Assembly (NCBI RefSeq): GCF_963921235.1
Contig: NC_086107.1
Location: 103,976,001-104,040,000, forward strand
Length of the DNA stretch: 64,000 nt
Direction: 5' to 3'
Source: Mobula hypostoma
Taxonomy: Eukaryota
Shown piece by piece: positions 24,337 to 37,177 of this stretch (its first letter is position 1; each line of letters begins with the position of its first letter). The notes below the pieces were generated by a model. The model did no database searches. It was not told the origin of the DNA and was given only the letters and a program-made list of their open reading frames with translations. The translations under genes and the position numbers were made by a program.

Positions 24337-24419
24337 GTGAGTACTTTGGTTCCTCTTGCTTTAAAAGTGCCTGGATAAAAGGTAGAGTGGAAGCTTTCTT
24401 CAATGTTGGAGTGTGACTC

Positions 24420-25225
24420 GTCATAGTCACACTTTATTGATCCCGAGGGAAATTTGGTTTCATTACAGTTGCAACAACCAAGACCAGAGTATAAATATAG
24501 CAATATAAAACCATAAATAATTAAATAATAATTTGTAAATTATGCCAGGAAATAAGTCCAGGACCAGCCTATTGGCTCAGGGTGTCTGACCCTCCAAGGG
24601 AGGAGTTGTAAAGTTTGATGGCCACAGGCAGGAATGACTTCCTGTGACACTCTGTGTTGCATCTCGGTGGAATGAGTCTCTGGCTGAATGTACTCCTGTG
24701 CCCAACCAGTACGTTATGTAGTGGATGGGAGACATTGTCCAAGATGGCATGCAACTTGGACAGCATCCTCTTTTCAGACACCACCGTGAGAGAGTCCAGT
24801 TCCATCCCCACAACATCACTGGCCTTATGAATGGGTTTGTTGATTCTGTTGGTGTCTGCTACCCTCAGCCTGCTGCCCCAGCACACAACAGCAAACATGA
24901 TCGCACTGGCCACCACAGACTCGTAGAACATCCTCAGCATCGTCCGACAGATGTTAAAGGACCTCAGTCTCCTCAGGAAATAGAGACGGCTCTGACCCTT
25001 CTTGTAGACAGCCTCAATGTTCTTTCACCAGTCCAGTTTATTGTCAATTCGTATCCCCAGGTATTTGTAATCCTCCACCATGTCCACACTGACCCCCTGG
25101 ATGGAAACAGGGGTCACCGGTGCCTTAGCCCTCCTCAGGTCCACCACCAGCTCCTTAGTCTTTTTCACATTAAGCTGCAGATAATTCTGCTCACACCATG
25201 TGACAAAGTTTCCTACCTGTTTCTC
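24420..25225 (-). mobile_element. Rex1/Babar-like LINE 3' portion
   Basis: LQLNVKKTKELVVD, YKYLG and FYESVVASAI motifs. Confidence 0.8.
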
Positions 25226-25517
25226 TGGAGAGAAGCACTGATTACGTAGTGGTGGTTGCAACACCCTTCCCCTGCTCTTCACAATAAGCCCGTAGGATAA
25301 GAAAACGGGAGTGCTCCATTCAACTCCTTGCTCCTTCCTGTACAGTCATTCAAAAAAATTGAGGTCAATCAGGCTCTATTCCCTTAACCCCTGATTCCTT
25401 TATAGTTGACATTCATACCCCCCTGAGGTAGAGAATCAAAATATTCTCAAAAGAAATTGACGCTCATTTCATCCTTAAAGGACTCGGTCTGTTATCTTGA
25501 GCTTGTGCCCCATAGAC

Positions 25518-25679
25518 CAGGGATGGCCAACCTTTTACATTCCATGCGTCAGTTTTCTCATTCAAGAGTTCAGATGCGCCATACAACTCTTGTACCCTCA
25601 TTCAATTCTTGTAAAAATATGTTAATATAGAACTCATGAAAAAATTGACGCATGGAATGTAAAAGGTTGGCCACCCTTG
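25518..25679. mobile_element. hAT-type MITE, copy 2 (BAX intron 5)
   Basis: Same family as 9684-9851; 8-bp TSD CCATAGAC/CCACAGAC. Confidence 0.85.
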
Positions 25680-25854
25680 CCACAGACTTTCATTAACCCT
25701 CCCGCCCGCCCCCAGTCAGGTGAAATGCCTATTAAGATTTCCTTACAAACTTGTGCTTCAGCGAGCTTTTCATTTTCCTCTGCCGGATATAACTTGCCCC
25801 TCAGCTTCCACAGCAAATGTCCCAGCCCAATGAACCTTCACTATGCTGCCTCCA

Positions 25855-26295
25855 AGGTAGGTGTATCCTTAAATATCCTCCAAGAGGACGACAACCTTGT
25901 CGTGGCTTGGAAGCTTGTGTGCCCCAATGACCCGGACAGCTATATTGGCTGGAGTCAGGGCCTTGTGCTTTGGCTCCTGGTAGGGTCACCCATGCCAAAC
26001 AGGTCAAAGGGTAGAGGGCAGGCTAAGAATGGTCCACTGCCCCCCCCCCCAGGTTTGAGGGTTCAGCTCAGGGCTAACAACCCTGACGTAAAAGAAACTG
26101 TTACAGAAACAGCAATGAAGAACCGTACATCTGAGTGCGACAGTATTCCTGAGTCTCCACCCGGGACTTGCATGACTGACAGTAGCGAAACCGAGAGGAA
26201 GATACTGACACGGTGAAGGAAGCCCTGAACACTACCAGAGATGGAGGACCTTCATTGTTGCCTTAAATGCCAGAGGCATAACAAGCAGTAAGTAA
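25855..26295 (+). mobile_element. RTE-related non-autonomous element/SINE (related copy at about 45667-45985, minus strand)
   Basis: CCTTGTCGTGG 5' motif; GCTCCTGGTAGGGTCACCCATG shared with the 45.9-kb copy; AGTAAGTAA tail. Confidence 0.5.
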
Positions 26296-26804
26296 GGGGA
26301 CGTAAATTGTGGACACTGCTCCAAATTGGTAAACCAATAGCTAGGGTTTCCACTGTTGTGCTCAGTTCCTTCCTTGCAAGAGAGGCCAGCTGCCTTGGTC
26401 TGTACCTGAGTACTGTCTTTCTCAGTTTGCAAATTGCTTGATGCTGATAATCACCCTATTGAAGTTCAGGCTATAACTGGATGAGAAATCAAGCAAGGGT
26501 GTAAAAGATTTTAAAGAGAGGGTAGAATTTTTTTCAATGTGAGAATTCTGTGCAGGGTGTAGAATGTGTTGCTTTATGCCTTCAAGCCAGAGATTAATTT
26601 TTCATTCTACTTGTATTAAACTGTAGCTTCTATTCTTCCCGTGGCAGACTCTCATTTCTTGGTTCTGTCTATTCTCTTTGTCTCCTTCATGGGTTATGAC
26701 TATTGTTCTCCCAGTGGCTGTATGAGTTTTCTCTGGTGTTTGCATTTCCTCATATATGCTGACAAATGAATTGGCATTTACATATTATCATTTAGTCTAG
26801 TTTA

Positions 26805-28316
26805 CACTGGCAACTAATTTTTCTGAAATTGTTGCTTCCTCAATTTTTTTTGTTTATGATAGACCACTTGAACACAAATAATATAATTTCAGACTACATG
26901 TATCTTGTAGGAATTTGGAGAAACAAAGAATTGACTTTTATTGAATATAATGCATTTAATTGCATAACGATACTAATGCTTTGCAGTAGTTCAACTCAGC
27001 TAAAAATGTTTTGTTGATGACTTTCACTCATACTCAGTGTCTGTGGCTTCTCGCTTAAGTGTCCAACAATAATCACCCAGCATTGATGAATTCCAGTTGC
27101 CCTGATACCGTTTCTCCATGACTGCAATGTCCTGGTGAACCCTTTCACCATGCTCGTCACTGACAGCGCCAAGATTTGCAGGGATAAAGTCTAAGTGGGA
27201 ATGCAGAAAATGAATCTTTAGTGACATGTTGCTCTTCATGGTTTTATGCTTGAAGCATGTCGTCAACCAGCTGCACATAGTTTGGTGCTCTGTAGACACT
27301 AGAATACTACAGCACAGTACAGGCCCTTCAGTCCTCGATGTTGTGCTGACCCATATATTCCTTTTTAAAAAAAAATACTAAACCCACACTACCCCGTAAC
27401 CCTCTATTTTTCTTTCATCCATGTGCCTGTCCAACAGGCTCTTAAATACCCCTAATGTTTTAGCCTCCACCACCATCCCTGGCAAGTTATCCCAGGCACC
27501 CACAACCCTCTGTGTAAATAAAAAAAAAACATACCCCTGATGTCTCCCCTAAACTTCCCTCCCTTAACTTTGTACATATGCCCTCTGGTGTTTGCTATTC
27601 GTGCCCTGGGAAACAGGTACTGGCTATCCACCCTACCTATGCCTCTCATAGTCTTGTAGATCTCTTTCAAGTCCCCTGTTATCCTTCTACTCTCCAAAGA
27701 GAAAAGTCCCAGTTCTGCTATCCTTGCCTCATAAGACTTGTTTTCCAATCCAGGCAACATCCCGATAAATCTCCTCTGCACCCCCTCCAGAGCTTCCACA
27801 TCCTTCCTCTAATGACGTGACCAGAACTGAACACAATACTCTTTAAGTGTGGTCTCACCAGAGATTTGTAGAGATCTGTAGTTGCCAAGAAAATTTTCAA
27901 ACATCTGTGAATGTCTTCCATGCAGTTTTCTCCAGACCCACTAGAAGTTCTTCGAATTACCTGTCATTAATGACCTGTTGATTTGTGGACCAACAAAAAA
28001 GCCTTCCTTAATCTTGGCATCTGTCATTCTGGAAAACATCTGTCTCAAATATTGAAATTCTTCATGGAAATTTATAGCTATTCCAAAACCTGTCCTGCCA
28101 TGCAGCATCTGCCCTGCTTAAGCATGCCTGGGCAAGATAGAATACTTTGCAGCTTATATTAACATTTTAATCTTCTTGAGTTATGAAATTAAATATAGGT
28201 GATTTAAAGAAAAAGTGTGTGATAGGGAAATTTTATGGTAATTTTCATGATCAACGGCCCAAAATCCGTAAGATTCACCCAAAAGTACTCAGGAAGCAAA
28301 TCTTTGTTTTCCAGTG
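26805..28316 (-). mobile_element. Chapaev3/CMC-type DNA transposon in BAX intron 5 (copy 3)
   Basis: TTA-CACTGG...CCAGTG-TTA, i.e. short TIRs and a perfect 3-bp TSD; HFLHSH and DEHGERVHQD motifs; interrupted by a CR1. Confidence 0.85.
27296..27874 (-). mobile_element. CR1 LINE 3' fragment nested in Chapaev copy 3
   Basis: LEGVQRRFIGMLPGL / LGLFSLE motifs; TSD TCTGTAG at 27289-27295 and 27875-27881. Confidence 0.85.
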
Positions 28317-28391
28317 TTACAGGGTGCTTGAGAATGTGGACAGTGTGATGCATGTATAGGTGGTTTAATGTAACATATTTTCCTTTCACAG

Positions 28392-28487
28392 GAAGCGCTG
28401 CTGGGCACCCCCACCTGGCAAGCTGCTGCCATCTTTGGCCTGGGAGTCCTCACCACTTTGGCTGTGGTACGATGGAAATCTTCCTAA
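28392..28487 (+). CDS. BAX: BAX exon 6, C-terminal membrane anchor (EALLGTPTWQAAAIFGLGVLTTLAVVRWKSS*)
   Basis: TTTCACAG acceptor; GTPTWQ motif then a hydrophobic helix; TAA at 28485-28487. Total CDS 651 nt = 216 aa plus stop. Confidence 0.95.
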   Translation, partial: EALLGTPTWQAAAIFGLGVLTTLAVVRWKSS

Positions 28488-29363
28488 AGCAGCGTGTGGA
28501 GTCCAGGGGAGTAGTAGAGGAAAATGTGCTGGCATGACTGCACACTGCTCAATGACCTCAAGCTGCCATGGATCGCCTGCCGGGCAGATTCCAGAAAATT
28601 AGACTTGTTTCTTGTCACCAGATGAGGAAGTGCTCCTCTTTTTTTTTTGTCTTAAGGAAACCCTGTGACAAAGCTCCATGTGTTTTCTCCAAGTTCCAAC
28701 CCACTGTTGAGCAAGCATTTTTTTTAGTGCGGGCTAATAGGTATTCTATCAGTATTGTGAGAATCTAAACTGCACTTGCTTTAGCTGGGGTGGGTGGGTG
28801 GGGGGATAATTGGGAAAGTTGGGTGAACTTGTCAGCGAATCAGTTATGTAGCTGCCAGCTCTCCAACATTTTGCAGCCATTTGCAATTCTTCTTTCCATC
28901 TAGTCTCTGTGTGGAGACCTCTGGCAAAGTCACTGGTGGAGTGGCGTCTGACACGGAAGTGCACAGGAGCAGTTCACACTCTAAGCATTGATTAGCAATA
29001 ATTTGTTTTATAAAGTGATGGACCTCGTGGGTCTCAGATTTACAACACACAGTACATTATTTGAGTTTGACTTCCATTGCTTGTTGCATGCAGTGTACAT
29101 TGTTGGGCACATTGTATGGGGAAATTAGGAAACATTTAAAATGGAGGTTTTCTGCCAGCATATGAGAGCTGAACATACTTAGAGAGGGGAAAGTGTAATG
29201 GAGACGATGCTCCAACGAATGAATTGATCATTTGCACACTGATTTATAGACTTATTCAAATTACATTAAAACTTTGCTACCAAGAAAATTGGTTTATTCC
29301 TGAAACTGGGGCATTAAGGAATGTGTTTTCTTTGAAAGTACGTGCTGGTTTTGACTGTTGAAA

Positions 29364-29369
29364 AATAAA
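29364..29369 (+). promoter_or_regulatory. Candidate BAX polyadenylation signal (proximal)
   Basis: AATAAA followed by a GT-rich downstream stretch; a second candidate AATAAA lies at 33335-33340. Confidence 0.45.
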
Positions 29370-32300
29370 GTTCACAGGACTAGTGGGTTGGTGTTCATTC
29401 GTTGCTTCTGGGTAACAGTGGCAACAGGTCTGCAAATGTAAGCTGTGAAGAACCCAGGCAAGGTTTCTGTTCTTGTTCACTGCCTCACTCAAATCCCTGT
29501 CCTGAAGAACATTTCATGTTCTGAAATATCTTGGTTTTACAATGGGATGGAAACATTGTCCTGCCAGGAAAGGAGCAAGGTCAGGGATTATTCCAATGTA
29601 CATCACCTCAGAACAGGAGATCAGGTGTGTTTTCTGGCTTCCAGATTTTGTGTGCCAATGTTGAAGGCGGTGATTGTGGCTGTTAGCAGAGTCGCAATAG
29701 TGGAAGGCGAGAAACCCAATTCCCTTTTTTTTTGTTCTAATTGGAGTTGAGAGGGCTAAAGTAAAATAAGGTGATAATAACATCAAAGGATGCGCAAGAA
29801 GCGGTCCAACAGATATTCAAACTGTCAGTTTAAGTAATGAGTTCAGCAACTGGTACTGCCTATGAAATATGCAGGGTGCTGAGTATCCATTCTGTTGCAT
29901 CTCTCTGGTTGCTTCACCTTCACTACATCCAGTATGAGCTGCTGTGCAAATTAGTGCCTTTCCGATTGCTTTGCTCAGTCAGTTTTACTGCCACTTCATT
30001 AAACAGGGCATGGCGTTCAATTCCATTCCACCAGCACTGCAATGCAATACACTCAGAAACGTCAGAAAAGCCATCTTCCTGTTGCGGTTGCTGAGCACCT
30101 GCTGACCACGGAGCAGCCTCTTGTCCTCGTGTGTCTTTATTAAAGGGAACAAGATCGAAGGGCCTGTCCATCTTGCCTTGGGGTGAGTTACCTCAAGACC
30201 AGATTTGTTTGTGTGCATTTGTTATACCAACTCTGTCACAGAGTATGTAAGGATGTTCTCCTTGAGCTTGCCTCCTGCTGAATCTGACAAGGCGAAATAC
30301 CACTGTTTATCATATTCCTGTTTTTGGACTAACACATCGAGGTACAATGTACAGGTTTCTGTTAAAACCACCTTCATGACTAAATCTGGGACACGTGGCA
30401 TCACATATGCTCTTGTCAGTTCTTGAGAGGTAACTCATCCCAAATCTTGTTCCCGTTTCCCTCTGTTCTCGACAGAAATGGTCAGGCCTACAGAATGTAA
30501 TCCTCCAAAACCAATGCTACAATTTGGGCTCTACTTTTTCATGGTGAATTTGCAGTGAGTCATGAAACCATGAGTACAATTACATTTCATGATTGCGAGC
30601 AATGTTTGGAGGATGCCTTAATGGAATGATGTTTTGAATTGTTTCGATCGTATGTAACTTGCCGCCATTGTTTCATATGTACCTTTTTAATGTGATAAAG
30701 CTAAGGGCTTTTAGATGGTAGAATTGCTGAGAATCCAGGGGAAAGGGACAAACCTCTTCTGCCATATAACTCTTCTAATGGTAGTCGGGTGCCTATGTAG
30801 CATCTGTTGTTGGCCAGTGTGCTCTAGCATGTTTGTATCCATGACATCCTTCAAATGCCTTATTTTGTATACAAGAATGTGAAATAACCTTTTATTGCTG
30901 TGAATATCCAAGGAGCAATACATCTAATTCCTGATGAGTTCTGTTCCTATATTTGTAATCCTTTTGGAAGAACCTGAGACCTTGCACATGTTATTTCTGG
31001 TGCTGTTTCTGACTTGCAGCAGGTTTGGGTACTGCAGCCTTGCCTGGTGGGGTTGTGGTGCCCTGCACTGCGTGTGGTTTGATATCTACATACAATGCCT
31101 ATGCCACATATTCTTTATTTCAGGACTTTAGGCCTTTGGGAGGGGATGTCCTGTCCCATCTCCTCATTTAAAAGGATCAGAAAGCCAAGGTTCAGTACTG
31201 TAACTGTCCTCTGTGGGGATAGTTTTTAGTTACTTCACCATATCCTGACTCTAGGATTTTATACTGTACTAAAATGTATGCCTGTGTGTAGGTAGTTGAA
31301 TCCACAGTAAAACCAGTTACTGATGCAATCCACAGGATGTTAAAATTGAGGGCCAAAGATTGGCACGGGTGAAGGTGACTGACAATCAGTTATCAATTCA
31401 GTGAATATTTAAACCTCTGTGCAATTCTATCCATAGACCTTCCTCATTTGTGACTGATCTGCATACACTCACCTATCATGGGAATGTAGTTTACGAATGC
31501 CTGAAATCAGAGCAGATTGTCTTGTCCCTCAAACCTGCTTGGCCATTCAGTAAGATCTTACACAACTTCACCGTATTCTTTTATTTTTATTCAGTATTCC
31601 TTGGTACCCATTTTTACCAAATTTACCAATCTAAAACTATTCCACAGTCGATGAATTCTAAGACTTCAACCCTCCGGATGCTGATACTATCCCTTATTTC
31701 ATCCCCAAGGAAGTAACAGACCCCCCTTTCTGGTCCTATAGTTTCAGAGGGAATGCTCTGTCAGCATTTGCCCCCTCAAACCCAACCACTTGAACACTTC
31801 ATTCTTCTAAATTCCAGTGAGTCTTGCACACTCTACTGGGAGGAACTGTTGCCTTCCTGATCAGTTCCTTGACTGTAGGTTGCTGTCTCCTTCTTCTGGC
31901 ATACGGACCAAAGACTTCTGCTACACTGGAGGTGATTTTAACAAACCTTACAGAACTGCAACAAAAAACTGACTTCCTTATACTCTAATCCTCTTCGCAT
32001 GAAAACAAAAAAAAGCACCATTTGCCTTCCTGTAGAATGTTGTGCCTGAATATCTTGTGTAGGGACACCTGGTCCCCTGTATACACCTGACAAATCAGCT
32101 ACCCAGATCAATCACATCACTTCTCCACACAATGACTTCTATCTATCCCCTATCATGTCCCTCCCAGAACTTATAGCCATTGAAACATCTTGCTTTTGAA
32201 AGTAGACACCTGTAATGTAGGACTTGCATAATGCAGGCTTCATCTTCTCATTCATTTAATCTGATTTTTCTGCTCATGAGTCCCTTTCCTACCCAGCCTA

Positions 32301-35209
32301 ATGCAATCAATAAATTTAGATGATGTGCATTTTTCAACTTAATCATTAGTATAGATTCTAAATAGTTGTTGGTATATCTATCCTTATCACAACAGCATAC
32401 AGACTGAAAAGGATCCTTTAAATAGTCCAGTATGTATCTTAATCTGTGAGCTTCATATCATTTATCAACCCTTTTGTGTAGGACCTTGCCAGATGCCTTG
32501 TGAGAATCCGGATTACTCTACTTGCCAACTTTACATTCTCTGCCCAGCAAGCTGCATCTACAAATTCTCTTCTATGGAGTTGTACAATAAGATCCAGGGT
32601 TCAGCTACTCTGAAATTCTGTTGGTTCAGTGTCCACTTTGCCAGATAATCTTTGCCATGCTGCTGTTCAACTCACTGGGACCTGATTTTTCATGCACTCT
32701 GCAAAATAATTGGAGTAACTTTTCCTGCATTCCCCTGAACTTCTGGGAAATTCATTATAGTACAATATAATATCCTTTTTATTAAAAAAATGACTACATT
32801 TTAGTAACATCCAATATCTTAAAAACTCCACCAAAATCCTGCGTGTGCCGGATTATTGGAGTTCACGGTACTGCCTCCGAAATACATTCTCCCTTGTATC
32901 TACTCTTCCCTGTTCTAAACAGGGCTTCATTCTGCTGTCGTGACTAAACTGAGATAGCTCACAAATTCAGATTTGCAAGCAATGCAGATAATTTTAAAAA
33001 CTATTATATAACTGCCCTTGATTTATACTGCCAACTGATCTTGATGACTGTAATCAGCACTGCTAGCTATAAATTGGGTTGTTGCTGTACACCGTGGTTT
33101 TACTGTGTTCAACAGCCTGTGCTTAAGCTGCAGAATTTTCTGTCTGAAACTTCAGTCTCTTTTAATATAAAATGTAATGTGAATTAAATACTGTTAGACT
33201 CTATGGATTGGAAATGTTTTGAAAACTCTTTCATTGTACAATTATATCATGCTGTTAAACTATCTCAATTTCAATATCAAAAGACATTTTGTACTCTTGT
33301 TAAATTCCTTATTTTAGTGAATTTTTTTTTCCAGAATAAACAATAACTTGAATTTCAGTTGTTGGGTGATTCCATATGTTTCCAACTTAATGCATTGGTT
33401 CAGTGTTCCCAAGCATTGTTGTAGTAAAGTTGTTCCCAATATTCCTGCATGGGCAGAAGTGAGGGTCTGCATCCCCTGTGTAAACTGGCAAAATGGTTTC
33501 AAGTAACTGACCTCTTTTCTAGCACGCCCTCCCCCCATCCCCCCATCCCCAAAGCACCGCAGACAGATTCTGCAGAAGTAGCTCATTCGGTTACACCTGG
33601 ATTTTCCATTCTGCATCTAATTGGAACCGGTAATTTTCAATCAATCCAACAAATAGTTAGTTGTTTTAATGAGGAAGGTTTTTTTAAAATTGTATTGACT
33701 GATTAACTCATTATAACAAAGCTGAAGGTTTTAACTGAGAGAGTGTCTATGGGATTGTATCCCAAACTGTACTGATGGAGAGGAGATTGACCTCCAGTGC
33801 CCTCTGCCTTGTGAAAGTGTAATGGGGCTGTGCTCTTGCCGATCTGAGTTCTGCTAACACTGTGCTCTCTGGGCTGTTGCACCCAGGGAGGGTGCATTAA
33901 GTGGAATTGGGCACAGGACTGAGCAAATGCAGAGCAAAGTAAGCAAGTTTAATTCTAGCACTTTCACAGTTGGTCTTATCACTCCCATAAATGTCCCTCA
34001 TAAACACTAGATCTTTTTGACCCTCCTCATTGCCTGGAACCAGATCCAGAAATACCTCCCGCCTTGTCAGGATGGGAAAATGCTGCAAAGACTCCTGAAA
34101 ATAAATTCTCCCCCATTATCATTTCTATCACCAGTTTCCTCATTAGAACAATTTGACAGTTCTAACAGTTGCCTGTAAATTTGCTCTTTAAACTTCTCAG
34201 TTGTTGGACACTCAGTAGCAAACTGCTAACTTTTATAACTCCAGTGATGAGGACTATGACCTTGACATCTTCCCTGTCCAGCACTGCGACACCCTCCTTA
34301 GTTTCCCATCCCACCTTGTTCTGACCTAGTTCTATGCAAATGCCCCAACTTGCACCTACAGCTCATCTTTATCAGAATCAAGGTTATTGCTGATATGTTG
34401 TGAAATTTGTTTTGTGCAGCAGTACAATGCAAGACAAAATTACTACAGGTTGCAATAAAAAAGTGTAAAAGAAGAATACTGAGGCAGTGTTTATGGAATC
34501 TGACAGCAGAGGGGAAAATGCTGTTCCTAAATGTTATGTGTGCATCTTCAGGCTTCTGAACTGTTGCTAGTGGTAAAGAGAAGGGGGCATGTGCTGGGTG
34601 GTGAGGGTCTTTTATGATGGATATGACAATACAAACTCCACACAGACAGCTTCGGCACTCAGGATTGAAGCCAGTGGTCTGGATCCATGAGTCAGTGGCT
34701 CTGCCCGTTGTGCCTGTTGTGCCCCTGTGCTGTCTCGACCAATGTCCTGTACGACTTATTTTCCCCTTCCAATGCTGCATTCTGCTTCGTGTCTGTCACG
34801 GTGATGGAACGGAAACTGGTCTCTGATCCAATTTTTAAAAATCGCGCCTTGCCCCAAAGTGTGTCTTGGTACTTTATACTTACTTTGACACAGAAAGAAG
34901 CCATTTGGCCCATCAGTTCTCCGTTGGATCCCATTCCCCCTTTTACAGCCCATTCACCTATTCTCTTACACGCTCATCAACCTCTCCTTGCCTTTTCTGC
35001 CATTTACTGCCATCAAGGGCTAGTTAACCCACCAGCACAAGCTTGGGAAGTGAGAGGAAGCTGGAGCCCCCTGGAGGAACATAGAGCCAGCAGGAGAACA
35101 TGGACACTCCTGACAGACAGCACCCAAGGTCAGGATTGAACTTTAGTCTCTGCAGAAGCACTAACTGGTGTGCCAGAGGGATCTTAAGTTTCTTTGTCCT
35201 GCGCCATCT

Positions 35210-36050
35210 TAACCACATATTTCTCTCAGCTATCCTCCTACTCCTACAATAACTACTGGGAATGTATCAGACAATTGAACTGGTTTCAATTACTATCCCA
35301 GAGGCAAGCCTCAGGAATGTGTCTGATTCTCCTTCTGTTCTCACCCCACCCCTGACCCCACTAACCTCTTACTTGTCCGTCAGCACAGGGCTCTTTCTCC
35401 CTCATTCAGCCACAACACAAACAGTGCCACACGGTCGTAGCTCCAGTTAGTAATACTCAGTCAGTGGGCTCTTGTATTGTGGACGTCGCTCTCAGCCTCA
35501 TGACTCACTCCAGCTACAGTAGTTCTCCTTCGTGATCCAAATATCTGCTCTGCCAACCAGTGCTGCTCCCTGCACCGTCTCAGACGGGAGACAAATGTGG
35601 TTTTCCACATGATGTGACAGTTCATTCATTAGGATTAAGAGGATTTACCTTCTCTTCATTGTATCAGTCAACTCGCTATTAGAAATTCTTCCAGTATTCT
35701 CACTGAACCTTATCACTTTTACTTGATTTGCTATTTTTAAGTTTTGTTAACCAACTATTTAATTGATGTGAGTTAAAAGTAATGAACCGTTCTGTTTTCC
35801 CTAATTATCCACATTTAATCTGCAGTTTACACCAAGATAGCAGTTATGCTCACGAGCCAATCAGCTTCTTGCAGAGCTCTGATGTCATTGTGATTTTTTA
35901 AAAATTGCTTTAAAGTTTGGAATGTCAGTCTGTTCCTTTTGATCCATAGAGAGGGGCCATTCAGTGCGGATCTCCATCTGTCATCTGGTAAGAGAAAATC
36001 CCTGAATGTCTCCACTGTTTGTACGTGACTTTGTGTGGTTCCCTGTATAA
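35210..36050 (+). repeat. Local duplicated unit, copy A (paralogues at about 36410-37085 and 42702-43510)
   Basis: Colinear similarity visible by eye; no TE hallmarks. Confidence 0.85.
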
Positions 36051-36409
36051 GTGAATCACAGAGGCAACTTTAGAAGCAAACATCCTGTATAATATCTGCA
36101 AAGTGTGAAATCCACTGAGACAGCACCCGAGGTCAGGACTGAACCTAGGTCTCTGCAGCAGAACGAATGGGTGTGCCAGAGGAATCTAACTCCCTTTGTC
36201 CTGTATTATCTTGGTTCTTGATCCTCCAAAATGTTCCGCGTGGAATTTAAACTGGAGGTGGCAGAGGGTGGGTTTGGGAAGGAGATTTTCGAAGAAGAAA
36301 AGCTGCCCTAAATTTAATTGGGTTTGGTTGTGTGATTGTGGTAGGATGAAGATTATTCCATGCTTTAATTGTGCGGGGGAGAAATGAATTGCTGGACACA
36401 TCTGACTTG

Positions 36410-37085
36410 CTGCTCACTGCACCGTCTCAGACAGAAAGAATGTGGATTTCCGCGTGATGTAACAGTTACACTCACCGGGGTCTAGATGGCTTCCCCTCCC
36501 TTTATTGTATCAAATGTTTAACTCACCGAAAAAGGATCTAGTGCTTTTCCTGGGATGTATGTCAAATAAACGCTTCAGGTATCAATTTTAACCAACATTT
36601 CAATGACAAACTCTTAAACTACATATTTATCTCTGCTATCCTCCTGATCCTACAGTCATTACTGGGAAGTACCAGACAACTGAACTGGTTTAAATTACGA
36701 TCTCAGAGGCAAAACACGGTATTGATTATAGCCTCAGGAATGCATCTGATTGTCCTTCTGTTCTTGCCCCACCCCTGAACCTACTAACCTCTAATTGTCC
36801 ATCAGCACAGGGCTCTTTCTCCCCGTTCAGCCACAACACAAACAGTGCCATATGGTCATAGCTCCAGCTACATGCTCCAGAGAGAGGATACCAGACAGTA
36901 ATACACAGTCAGGGGTCTCTTGTGCTATGTGCATAGTTCTCTGCCTGGTGACTCACTCCTGCAACAGAAGCTCTCCCTCATGGTCCCATCTTTTGCTGTA
37001 TCAGCAGATGCTGCTCACTGCACCGTCTCAGACAGAAGAAGAATGTGGATTTCCACGTGATGTAACAGCTACACTCACCAGGATC
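36410..37085 (+). repeat. Local duplicated unit, partial/rearranged copy B
   Basis: TGCTGCTCACTGCACCGTCTCAGACAG occurs twice; CAGCCACAACACAAACAGTGCCA shared with copy A. Confidence 0.8.
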
Positions 37086-37100
37086 GATGGTATCAATTTT

Positions 37101-37145
37101 AACCAACATTTCAATGACAAACTCTTGCCATCTTCATCAGGGATG
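37101..37145 (-). ncRNA. Hammerhead ribozyme motif, second family (sister copy at about 39171-39214, + strand)
   Basis: CC-CTGATGA-A-GATGGCAA gagt TTGTCATT-GAAA-TGTT-GG; 8-bp stem II; decayed at stem III. Confidence 0.55.
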
Positions 37146-37177
37146 ATCCCTATGCATGTGTAGTCCTGTGATATATA

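Noticed and set aside
29837..30426. Overlapping short ORFs downstream of BAX as a hidden gene
   Set aside because: No recognisable motifs or consistent splice structure; better explained as UTR or intergenic sequence.
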